In this document: positions 19,887 through 28,764 of the stretch, piece after piece
Layout of the letters: each line of letters begins with the position of its first letter
Numbering within the stretch: the stretch's first letter is position 1
Origin: Candidatus Aminicenantes bacterium
GTDB taxonomy: Bacteria; Acidobacteriota; Aminicenantia; Aminicenantales; Saccharicenantaceae
Assembly: GCA_014360015.1 (NCBI GenBank)
Contig: JACIYJ010000003.1
Location: forward strand, 6,197 to 70,196
DNA length: 64,000 bases
Direction of reading: 5' to 3'
Position numbers and translations under genes: made by a program
Notes under the pieces: generated by a model
What the model saw: the letters and a program-made list of their open reading frames with translations, nothing else
Told to the model about the DNA's origin: nothing
Databases searched by the model: none

Positions 19887-20834
19887 ATGAAAGCCAATAA
19901 ACTATATCAGGCAGCTGAAAAAGCCATTTTTCAGTCCTTAAAACTTAAACCAAAAGAAAGCTTTCTCCTGGTCACTGACAAACAGAAGATGGAAATCGCT
20001 GAAGCTCTGGCTTACTATGCCAAAAAGGCTGGAGCGGAAACCACAACCTACCTAATGACTGAAACTCTGAGGCCTATTACTGAGCCGACCAAACTGTTCA
20101 AGCTGCTGACCGAAAAAGCTGACGTCATCGCTTATCTGCTGGATGCCAGAATAGAAGAGAAACCTTTCCGCGGTTTTATGGTCAGTCAGGGAATGAAGTT
20201 CAGCCGGATCTGCATGATGCCAGGAATTACCCGCGATATGATGGAAAGACTGGTCAACATCGATTTTGCCAAGATGAATGAGTTCACCAAAAAAGTTATC
20301 AGGGCTCTGAAAGATGCCGATAAGGTCATCATTGAAAATCCAGACGGGACAAACATCAGCTTCAGTGTGAAGGGCAGAGAATGGCATAACGACAATGGCG
20401 ATATCAGCAAAAAAGGCAAACACGGTAATCTGCCTGCTGGCGAGTGTTACACCTGCCCGGTGGAAGAAACCTTCACCGGCAAGCTGGTCATTAGCCTGAT
20501 TGATGATAAGCTGGGTTATGGCGAAATGGAGTTCAAGGAAGGCAAGCTGGTTCGCTACAAGGGCAAAGGAATCGAAGCCATTGTCAAAAATATTGGTTCG
20601 GATGAAACCGGATTTATGATTGGTGAGTTCGGTATCGGTACTAACCCCGGGGCTCGCATTTGCCCTAACATGCTGGAAGCAGAAAAAGCCTTCGGCACCG
20701 TGCATTTTGCCATCGGTGATTCTTACGGAATCGGCAAGAACAAAAGTAAGCACCATTATGACGCTCTGATAGATAAAGTAACTATTATCGCCAAAGGCAA
20801 ATACATCGCCAAGAGCGGCAAGTTTTTGATTTAA
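19887..20834 (+). CDS. putative aminopeptidase (M29/PepS-like), cytoplasmic
   Basis: 315 aa; N-terminal region resembles M29 aminopeptidase openings; immediately downstream of the OPT peptide importer. Family assignment is by weak recollection. Confidence 0.45.
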   Translation: MKANKLYQAAEKAIFQSLKLKPKESFLLVTDKQKMEIAEALAYYAKKAGAETTTYLMTETLRPITEPTKLFKLLTEKADVIAYLLDARIEEKPFRGFMVSQGMKFSRICMMPGITRDMMERLVNIDFAKMNEFTKKVIRALKDADKVIIENPDGTNISFSVKGREWHNDNGDISKKGKHGNLPAGECYTCPVEETFTGKLVISLIDDKLGYGEMEFKEGKLVRYKGKGIEAIVKNIGSDETGFMIGEFGIGTNPGARICPNMLEAEKAFGTVHFAIGDSYGIGKNKSKHHYDALIDKVTIIAKGKYIAKSGKFLI

Positions 20835-21321
20835 GTTTCCCCCAGGTTAATTTTCAGGCTTCAGATAAAGTTATCATCAGATAAAAATAAAAGGAATTTA
20901 TCTCAAATTTAAAAAAAGTTTTCTGAGTTTAAAGAGGGAACATTATCAGGATTAGAGTCCCGGGCTGCCTGGACTCCGGATAGCCACCATTCTTATCCTC
21001 CCAGCTATCATCCTGGATATAATCTCCAGAAGAGTGAAATTCTGGCCTTTAAGTAAACTTTAATTGTCTCCTGGCCTTTTTGTCGCAAACAGCTGCTGAC
21101 CAGAATTTTAATTAAGAGTTCTGGCCCGAACACAAGTTTATAATTTTTTAAGAGCGAAAATTAAATCTTTTTATTCTCTTCCCCGGCTGGTTTTTTATTA
21201 CTTCTATAATTTTTATTATTTCCTTTTCAGGTAGTGGGATATTTATTTATTAATTTCCGTCTATATTGTTGATGTTTGACTTCCTCTTTTGCCAGCAGCT
21301 TCAGCAACCATTAACTTTTTT

Positions 21322-21337
21322 TGGCACACTTCTTGCT
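21322..21337 (+). promoter_or_regulatory. sigma-54 (RpoN) -24/-12 promoter TGGCAC-N5-TTGC
   Basis: TGGCACacttcTTGCT at 21322-21337 matches the YTGGCACGrNNNTTGCW consensus in both GG and GC elements with exact spacing; 27 bp upstream of the ATG at 21364, followed by AAAGGAGG RBS at 21351-21358. Confidence 0.6.
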
Positions 21338-21363
21338 CAAATACAGGGTGAAAGGAGGTTAAC

Positions 21364-21585
21364 ATGAAAAAGGCCATTGCTTTAACACTGTCAGCGATTT
21401 TTATCATCTCGGTTTTTCTGCTTATTCCCAGAACTTCTCAGGCCGCTTTCAATGCAGATGCCTGCTGGGATAACTGGGAAAGATGCAGAACCCGGGCCCT
21501 CGAGTCTGACCTGGGCGTAATCAGAACTACTCTGGCCCTAACTGCTTGCGACATCGCTCTGGGCAAATGTTTACTGACTAATTAG
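21364..21585 (+). CDS. small Sec-secreted Cys-rich peptide (73-aa precursor; about 46-aa mature peptide with twin CX6C motifs)
   Basis: Strong RBS; signal peptide MKKAIALTLSAIFIISVFLLIPRTSQA with AxA cleavage site; mature AFNADACWDNWERCRTRALESDLGVIRTTLALTACDIALGKCLLTN with 4 Cys arranged as two C-x6-C pairs. Confidence 0.6.
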   Translation: MKKAIALTLSAIFIISVFLLIPRTSQAAFNADACWDNWERCRTRALESDLGVIRTTLALTACDIALGKCLLTN

Positions 21586-21647
21586 AACTGAAGGGAGTTC
21601 CGGTCGGAACTCCCGGTTCTCAAATTTTAGTGAGAAAGGAGTCTGAA

Positions 21648-22631
21648 ATGAGTAACTTAAAATTAGCGGCGGGAATTATGGTTATAATCCTTCTCACAGG
21701 CTTTATTAATTTACAAGCAGCTCAAATCCTTGTCCTTGGAGTAAAAGAGATTAGTTTAAAAAACCCTGAAGGCCGTCCTTTTTTCTACAAGCCCTCAACT
21801 ATACTATTTGACCATCAGGAGTTATACATTGCTGAATCTGGAGAAAGCAGGATACAGGTTTACAGTCCGGATGGACAGCTGAAACGCTCCATAGGCGGGA
21901 AGGGCAGAGGGCCAGCTGAATTTGATACGTTAATTGGCCTGGATCTTTTCGAAGACCAGATTTATGCTGCTGATTCTTTTAATAGTATGATAAAAATATT
22001 CGATAAAAATGGGAAATATCTTGGGGGTTTTAAGACTCCTTTTAATCCGGTTAATGTCGTTGTTTTGAATAAAGAGAAGATTTTGGTTACTAACAGGCCT
22101 TCGCCCCGGGTTGATTCTGAAAAGCTGGTTTACTGTTATAACTCAAAAGGTCAACTGCAGTGGAAAGCCATTGATTCTTCCCCCGCTCAGGACCGTATTT
22201 TTTACACGCTGATTAACGAGATTCTCTTGAAAAAAGATGATGCTGGGTATTTTTATCTTATCTGGAAATATCAAAATAAATACATTCTTAAAATTGATCG
22301 AAATGGTCAGATAATCGAAAAAATTATGCTTGATTCTCGATATCCCTTTAAGTGGGTTGACCTGCCCCTAAAAAACGGGAGACAACCAATTACCTCTGTT
22401 TGCTGGAACTGCGCCAGGGATGATAATAAATTTTATTTTATTGCCCCGGCCTATACTGAAGATGGAGATATCGGGCCAGGTAAAGAGGTTTTGGTAGTTA
22501 ATGAAAAAGGGCAGATTTCAGGGATTATTAAGTTTCCCCACGCTCTTAGACTTCTGACGATAAATGGGCAGTTCGTCTATGGAATCGACACCGAAGATGA
22601 ACTTCATCTTTATCAGCTGGAGGGCAGATGA
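21648..22631 (+). CDS. secreted NHL-repeat six-bladed beta-propeller protein
   Basis: Repeated NHL-like blades (IYAADSFNSMIKIFDKNGKYL; GKGRGPAEFD...). N-terminal hydrophobic signal/anchor. ATG at 21648 with AAAGGAG RBS; the track ORF starts at GTG 21630. Confidence 0.7.
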   Translation: MSNLKLAAGIMVIILLTGFINLQAAQILVLGVKEISLKNPEGRPFFYKPSTILFDHQELYIAESGESRIQVYSPDGQLKRSIGGKGRGPAEFDTLIGLDLFEDQIYAADSFNSMIKIFDKNGKYLGGFKTPFNPVNVVVLNKEKILVTNRPSPRVDSEKLVYCYNSKGQLQWKAIDSSPAQDRIFYTLINEILLKKDDAGYFYLIWKYQNKYILKIDRNGQIIEKIMLDSRYPFKWVDLPLKNGRQPITSVCWNCARDDNKFYFIAPAYTEDGDIGPGKEVLVVNEKGQISGIIKFPHALRLLTINGQFVYGIDTEDELHLYQLEGR

Positions 22632-23125
22632 AAAAATTAGTTTATCTGGCAGCTCAATTAATGATAGTTATGATTCTTTTTTCGCAGAGCAGTTCGCCAC
22701 CGGTTTTTGCCGCACCAGTTTTTGCCGGACAGCAGGTAACCGCTCCATCAAGCCAAAAAATGCCGGCCAGAATCTACTCCTCCATAGAGGAAATTGCGGA
22801 CAGCTCGACCCAGCCGATTCTTCTGGTATTTTTCTCACTGGTTTGCCATGTTTGCTGGGATGAACTGTTTGAAATGAAAGATTTTATTGAAAAATTCAGT
22901 TTGCCGGTGATATTAATTGGGATATCGGCTAATGAAACAGAAGAACTCCAAGCCTTTGCTTCCAGATATTCCTTTACCTATCCCCTCATTCAGGACAGAG
23001 ATAACAGTTTAAAGTTAAGCTGGAACCATATCGGGTCATACTTTATAACCATCAGCTGGTCTATGCTGATGATTATCTGCTTGACTATCAAACCAGGAGG
23101 GATAGAGCCAAACAATGTTTACTGA
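22628..23125 (+). CDS. TlpA/ResA-like periplasmic thioredoxin-fold thiol-disulfide oxidoreductase
   Basis: Signal peptide; Trx-fold pattern PILLVFFSLVCHVCWDE (CxxC = CHVC) followed by the FTYPLIQD region typical of TlpA-like redoxins; 4-nt overlap with the propeller gene. Confidence 0.65.
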   Translation: MKKLVYLAAQLMIVMILFSQSSSPPVFAAPVFAGQQVTAPSSQKMPARIYSSIEEIADSSTQPILLVFFSLVCHVCWDELFEMKDFIEKFSLPVILIGISANETEELQAFASRYSFTYPLIQDRDNSLKLSWNHIGSYFITISWSMLMIICLTIKPGGIEPNNVY

Positions 23126-23852
23126 ATCTCGTTTCAAAACTAACTTCTTTTTAATCCAGAAAAAGGTATTAAGGTCCAGGAGCTTATATTTCCTGAGCTT
23201 GGTGCCACTGCTTGCCGTTCTTTATGTTTTTCTTGCAGATTCCTTGACCACAGCCATCCAGTTTTTCCTGTTTCTTTTTCCCTACCTCTTTCTGTTTATT
23301 TCCAGCGATATGATGAAAGACGAAATTGAGAGTGGAGTTCTGGAAAATATTATTTTTCTCAGGGGCGAATACCGTCGTTATTTATTCCAGAAAAATCTGA
23401 TTCTGTTGATTTTCGCCCTTCTCCTTTCCACCTCAATTTTCTCTGCTCTGATCATAGCCGGATTGCTCAAGGGAATTTTCACCTGGCTTTATCTTTTACA
23501 ATTTCTGGCAGGAATTGTGGTCGGGGTTTATTATATTGCCCTTAGCGGCTGGCTGAGTTTTTATTTCCGGGGTGGCTCCAATGTAATGATTATCATCATT
23601 GCTCAGGTAATGGCCATATTATCGCTTTTCTTTTCCCTGCAGGAGAGGGCTGGCTTTTTAGATTATTTAGAGAAAGGCCGGTTCCCTGATCTGATGGCTC
23701 AACTCAAATTTCTTGTCTTCGCTCTGGCCTTTCCCAATGTTCTGACTTTTAAAAAATTCTTAACTTATTTCATTATAGTCGCGGTGGCCGCCAGCCTCTT
23801 TTTACTCTTGCAGTGGCTGCGAATAAAAAATCTGGAGTTGAAAAAACAATGA
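23115..23852 (+). CDS. polytopic membrane protein, probable ABC-2-type transporter permease
   Basis: 245 aa, about 6 TM helices; overlaps upstream and downstream genes and sits immediately before the ABC ATPase. Confidence 0.45.
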   Translation: MFTESRFKTNFFLIQKKVLRSRSLYFLSLVPLLAVLYVFLADSLTTAIQFFLFLFPYLFLFISSDMMKDEIESGVLENIIFLRGEYRRYLFQKNLILLIFALLLSTSIFSALIIAGLLKGIFTWLYLLQFLAGIVVGVYYIALSGWLSFYFRGGSNVMIIIIAQVMAILSLFFSLQERAGFLDYLEKGRFPDLMAQLKFLVFALAFPNVLTFKKFLTYFIIVAVAASLFLLLQWLRIKNLELKKQ

Positions 23853-24552
23853 GCGACATTCTGATCAGGTCAATCAACCTTAGCAAAAATTACGGGAAAA
23901 TAAAGGCTCTGAAAGAAGCCAGTTTTTCCATTAAAAGAGGGACCATTACTGCCTTTCTGGGGGAAAATGGAGCTGGTAAAACTACCACCATCAAGATTCT
24001 CCTTGGTTTTCTTAAGCCTGATTCCGGACGAGTTGAGATAAATTGTTTAAAACTCGGCTATGTTCCTGACCGCCCGCTTTTTTCCCCTGGGTTAAAGGAA
24101 AGGAGATTCTGGAAATTACAGCCAGACTTTTTGGAATTAATGGGCAGAGGCTCAACCACTTAATAGAAGAAAAAAGCATCAGAATCGGATTCGATCCGGC
24201 TCTATTAGAACGACGGGTCCAGACTTATTCTATGGGAAATCAGAAAAAAATGTCTTACCTGCAAAACTTAATTGTCTCACCGGAGCTCTTTATTGTAGAT
24301 GAACCATTCGCTGGCCTGGATCCGGTTTCCATTAAATTGGTCCGGGATCTTTTTCTTGACCTGAAAAAGGAAGGTAAAACTCTTTTCCTTAGTTCTCACC
24401 TTATTTCCGAGCTGGAAAAAATCTGCGATGAAGTGGTGATTATCAGAAAAGGGCAAATCCTTCTTGAAGACAACAGAGAAGACCTCAGAAGCAGAGGTCA
24501 CACTGACCTTGAAGCTTTGTTCCTGTCCATACAGAATCAACTGTTGGCTTAA
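23813..24552 (+). pseudogene. ABC transporter ATP-binding protein, disrupted by a frameshift (fragments 23813-24163 and 24232-24552)
   Basis: Fragment 1 has Walker A GENGAGKTT. Fragment 2 has the signature/Walker B MGNQKKMSYLQNLIVSPELFIVDEPFAGLDP. The second frame is open back to 24070, so the shift maps to the T6C4 homopolymer at 24078-24087. Confidence 0.6.
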
Positions 24553-24973
24553 TAAGAACCATCATAGAAAGGAAGTAAAGCAACTCCAAAACAGTTTGAC
24601 CGACTTCAGTTTGATTTTTAAATCAAATTTTTTATAAAGTCCCTCAATAAATAAAAATCTTTCGCCAGACCCAAATTTTCAACTAAGTTTTCCAGAGTTT
24701 CTCCATAGGTCTTATCTTTTAAAATTAATTTTTGGTATCGGGTCAATAGGCTAAAACTAGCCAGATAATAAACCCACTGATCGCCCCTTCACTCAGGCAA
24801 ACAATTTCGTATCGATTTTGAACAAAACTATTTGCCTATTGAAATTAAATTTTTTATTTAATAGAATCATTAGCTCTCCGAGTCCTGCGGGCTAAAGCCT
24901 AAGGCCAGGCCTCTGGACCGATAGGGTGAAGCTGGAAACGGCTTTGCCTCCCATTTTGGAAAGGAGGAATTAT

Positions 24974-26902
24974 ATGCCCTACCACAAAAAATTTTCCCAA
25001 ACTCTATTAATCAGCTTAATCCTTTTTCTGGCATTATTATTCGCCATGGATCCCACCTTTGCCCAGGTAAAGAAAAAAGAGGAAAAAGAGGAGAAATTAG
25101 CCAGAGCCAAAACTGAAGAAATCTTGGTCACAGCCACTGCTCCTCAGGAAAAACCCTTAGCCACAGTCTCAACCATTGAGCCTGTGACAGTTGCTCTTCT
25201 TCAAACCCGGAATATTTCTGAAGTGCTTTCTTTTGCTCCTGGAACCTATGTGACTGTCGGCAGTAAAGCCGAATCTCATGCCAAAATCAGAGGGCTAGAT
25301 AATGACAAATCTACCCTCTTACTTGACGGCATACCGATATATGAACCATATTTTAACCTTTATGATCTGAAAACAATTCCCAGCGTGGATGTAGAATCAA
25401 TTCAAATAACCAAAGGTTCCTCTTCCGTGCTTTATGGAGCCAATACTCTGGGAGGAATAATCGAGGTGCTGACTCGCCGTCCCCAAGAAAATTCTCTGGA
25501 ACTGAAATCCAGGCTAAGCCAGAATTCCAGTTTCAATTTCTCCGGTACAGGTTCCTACACTGCCCGCAGATTTTCTCTTAAGATTTCAGCTTCCCACGAT
25601 GAGTCTCAGGGCTATAAAGTCAAAGAATCAGGATCGACCCAGCTACTTAAAAATTCAGATTATAAAAATAACTTTTTCAACGGGAAATTTTATTTTTATC
25701 CTGGAGAAAAAAGTGAGCTTCTGCTCCAGACCTCATATTATAAATCATCTTATGGCATTCCAGCCCCTACGGCCTACTATTCCCCTCGCTATTGGCGTTT
25801 TAAAGATTGGGAAAGATGGGTTATTGGCCTGGGTGGGACTTTTCCCCTCTTTAAAAACGGGACCCTTAAAATTAGAACTTATTATGTGAAATTCTATAAT
25901 ATTCTCGATTCTTATACCGATCCTTCATTCAGCACTCTCAACTGGGAATCTACTTATGATAATTACGAAGCCGGTGCCTTCCTTCTCGGTGCTTTTAGCC
26001 TGAATTCAAACAATGAACTTCGGTTTAGTTTTAACGGCCGACTGGAACATGTCAAGCAACAGAGTTCAATTACTTCTCCCTGGGAATTATATGAGCACAA
26101 AATTTTTTCGGCCGGAGTCGAAGATGAATGGCAGCTGGCCTCAAAATGGCACCTAATCGGGGGCTTCAGTCTGGACCACCTGAAAAAACAAACAGGAAAT
26201 GAAAAAACATCAGTCAATCCTATAGCCGGCCTGAAATTCGGTCCTACCGAGTATTTAAATTTTCACCTTTCCTTCTCTCGAAAATCGCGATTCCCTTCGA
26301 TGCGATCTCTGTATAGTTCAACGAGCGGAAATCCTGACCTTAAAGATGAAAGCGGAACAACCTTAGAGTTTGGAACAGCTTATTCCGGTTGGGTAAAGGG
26401 CAACCTGGCCATCTTCAATTCAAACTTCAGAGATCTAATTTCTGTGGTTCGCCAGCCTGACGGAACAAAAAAATATATCAATATTGGCAAAGCGGTGATA
26501 AATGGTCTGGAAGTAGAAATCTCAAAAACCTTAGCTAATTTTAATTTTCAGATCAATTATACTTTCCTTAATGCCAGAAACTTAACTGACAATCGCAGGC
26601 TGGACCTGGTACCGAAATCTCAGGCGAGCTTCCTGGTCAATTACTTCAAAAAAGAAAACTTCAGTCTGGCTTTATGGGTCTTGACAGCTTCAGATGCTGA
26701 AATTTTAATCAATCAAACTATGGTTCAGGTTCCTGCCTATTTAGTCGCCAATATTTCGTTTGAAAAAAACCTCAAAACCGGTTCTCTCTTCTTTAAGATT
26801 GAAAACCTTTTCGATAAGGCATATTACACTGAACCGGGCTATCCTGCTGCCTGTCGCCGCGTCGAGGCTGGATTTAGTTTCAGATTCGGTTCTAGGCTCT
26901 GA
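24974..26902 (+). CDS. TonB-dependent outer-membrane receptor
   Basis: Signal peptide; plug-domain motifs (LDGIPIYEPYFN...ITKGSSSVLYGANTLGGIIEV); C-terminal beta-barrel ending in an aromatic residue. ATG at 24974 with AAGGAGG RBS; the track start at 24926 would put the RBS inside the coding sequence. Confidence 0.75.
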   Translation: MPYHKKFSQTLLISLILFLALLFAMDPTFAQVKKKEEKEEKLARAKTEEILVTATAPQEKPLATVSTIEPVTVALLQTRNISEVLSFAPGTYVTVGSKAESHAKIRGLDNDKSTLLLDGIPIYEPYFNLYDLKTIPSVDVESIQITKGSSSVLYGANTLGGIIEVLTRRPQENSLELKSRLSQNSSFNFSGTGSYTARRFSLKISASHDESQGYKVKESGSTQLLKNSDYKNNFFNGKFYFYPGEKSELLLQTSYYKSSYGIPAPTAYYSPRYWRFKDWERWVIGLGGTFPLFKNGTLKIRTYYVKFYNILDSYTDPSFSTLNWESTYDNYEAGAFLLGAFSLNSNNELRFSFNGRLEHVKQQSSITSPWELYEHKIFSAGVEDEWQLASKWHLIGGFSLDHLKKQTGNEKTSVNPIAGLKFGPTEYLNFHLSFSRKSRFPSMRSLYSSTSGNPDLKDESGTTLEFGTAYSGWVKGNLAIFNSNFRDLISVVRQPDGTKKYINIGKAVINGLEVEISKTLANFNFQINYTFLNARNLTDNRRLDLVPKSQASFLVNYFKKENFSLALWVLTASDAEILINQTMVQVPAYLVANISFEKNLKTGSLFFKIENLFDKAYYTEPGYPAACRRVEAGFSFRFGSRL

Positions 26903-26924
26903 TTACAAGTTGAGGAGGAGTCAC

Positions 26925-27968
26925 ATGAAAAGAAAGCGTTTAATCAGATATTTTTTCTGTAATCTTTTACTTACTGGCCTTCTTATCTGTCTGCCAATCA
27001 ACGGCCAAGAGACTTCACCACCGGAAAATAATGATTTCTATGATAATGAGCCTTTCCTAAAACTTCCCCTCCCGACAATTGAAATAAGCGGTGAAGTCCT
27101 CCGAACCGGTCCTGTAAATCTTAAGAGTCTTCCTTTACATCAGGTTCAGGTTCGTGAAGCCCGGATGGAAAATAATAAGGCTGTTTTTGTTGGAGCTTAC
27201 GTTTACCTGGGATATTCCTTGTTCGATATCCTCAGAGAACAACCCCTGTCCAAAAAAAATAAAGAACAATTTTCTTCACCCATTGACCTTCTGGTCATTA
27301 TTGAAAATAAGAAAGGCGAAAAAGCTATTTTCAGCTGGGGAGAGATATTCTATCCAACCGTACTTCATCGTATCATCATCGCCGTCAGAGTAGCACCTAT
27401 TGTACCTTCTTCAACCAGAGAATCCTGGCATCTACCAGAAACGAGTAAAGTTGTGGCAGCTAATGACCTTTACTCTGAACGTAATATAGAAGACCCGGTT
27501 CGAATTATAGTCCGTTCCTGTCCTCTTTCTCTGGACTTTAATAAAGGCAGAACTCCTTTATTTTCAGAAAAAATCAAATTTTTAAAACAGGGCGAGGAAA
27601 AAGGAGTAATAGATGATTTGCCTGAGGCCATAACTTCTCTGACCCTGCCAGCGGTCTTTTTCGGTCGGGGGCAAGGATTCCATGGAATAAAGTTTTTTAC
27701 TGGAGTCCCCCTGCGATTGGTTCTTAATAATTTTTTCCCTATCGGCAAAGATGATTTAAAGGCTGGATACCTGGTTCTGGTGGCCGCGGATGGTTATCGG
27801 GCTGTTTTTTCAATCTCTGAAGTCTTTAATAGAAACGACTGCCAGGAAATAATCCTCTGTGATCAGGGACACAGAGATGGCGGACGATTCTCTATCTTTC
27901 CGGCACCTGACTTTTTTTCAGATCGGGCTGTCAAGTCTCTAAAAGAGATTTATCTGTTTGATCGATAA
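26925..27968 (+). CDS. hypothetical secreted protein encoded directly downstream of the TonB-dependent receptor
   Basis: ATG at 26925 with GAGGAGG RBS; signal peptide; two internally similar halves. A distant resemblance to Mo-oxidoreductase-fold substrate-binding domains is speculative. Confidence 0.45.
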   Translation: MKRKRLIRYFFCNLLLTGLLICLPINGQETSPPENNDFYDNEPFLKLPLPTIEISGEVLRTGPVNLKSLPLHQVQVREARMENNKAVFVGAYVYLGYSLFDILREQPLSKKNKEQFSSPIDLLVIIENKKGEKAIFSWGEIFYPTVLHRIIIAVRVAPIVPSSTRESWHLPETSKVVAANDLYSERNIEDPVRIIVRSCPLSLDFNKGRTPLFSEKIKFLKQGEEKGVIDDLPEAITSLTLPAVFFGRGQGFHGIKFFTGVPLRLVLNNFFPIGKDDLKAGYLVLVAADGYRAVFSISEVFNRNDCQEIILCDQGHRDGGRFSIFPAPDFFSDRAVKSLKEIYLFDR

Positions 27969-28764
27969 TTAAATTTCGATTGCTCTGTTTACCGACAGTT
28001 TTGGTCTTCTTTTTAAAATAGCCCCAGGAAATTAAAATAGTGCGTTCGAAAAGCAATCTAAAACTTCGGGGTCTGTTTTGTTCAACTATCTTATTGCCAG
28101 GCCACCTGAGTTTTTAACTGCTGCTAAAAAGCTCGGGTTAAAATCGACATAAATTCAGGCGTTAGTACAAGGGAAATTCCCTTTACCACCAAGGATATCC
28201 TTCAGACAATTAAGATATTTTGCCAATAAATTCTGATTTTGTTTTAAAATTAAAAAGATTTTCCGCTCGTAATGCTCTGCAAGATATGAGGAGAGAATAT
28301 ATTCTTTACCTTGACCTTGTCCTGGCTGAATGTTTTATTGACCGTGACCCGTAGATAGCCAGGATATTAGCCTTTAAAGAGCTTGAATCTCTGATCAATA
28401 AACTTTATAAGGAGAGTTCGCCCCGGCATAAAATTTACCAGCCATCAATGCAGGATAAGCTTGAAGAGCTAACCGCGGCGAAAAGCTGCAGTTTATTGGG
28501 CTGCTCTTTAAGTTTTTCTCCGTGTTACAGCTGAAATTAGCCTAACTTCTTCCAAATTTTTATGAATTAACACCAGCCTTGAATCTAAAATCAACCCTGT
28601 TGAAAAGCAAAGTTTTCGGAAGATTAATTCAGGCCTATCTGTTGGCCATCAGTCGCTGAATTAAAGCAAAGTTACCTTCAGAAAAGACAGAGAAATTTTT
28701 TGTTGTAATTTTTCCTGTCATTAAATATAAATTTAAAGATTGAATTTAATTTGAGGAGCCAAGC

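Noticed and set aside
24553-24973. Possible riboswitch (cobalamin/TPP) in the 420-bp leader of the TonB-dependent receptor.
   Set aside because: Scanned for the B12-box (GCCACTG-like) and TPP (CUGAGA...ACCUGAUC) cores and found none; only generic hairpins.
28261-28500. Short forward ORF fragments (MRREYILYLDLVLAECFIDRDP... and ...IARILAFKELESLINKLYKE...) in the 800-bp gap before the M14 gene, possibly a decayed gene.
   Set aside because: Fragments are short, in different frames, and lack any motif I can recognise; insufficient evidence to call a pseudogene.
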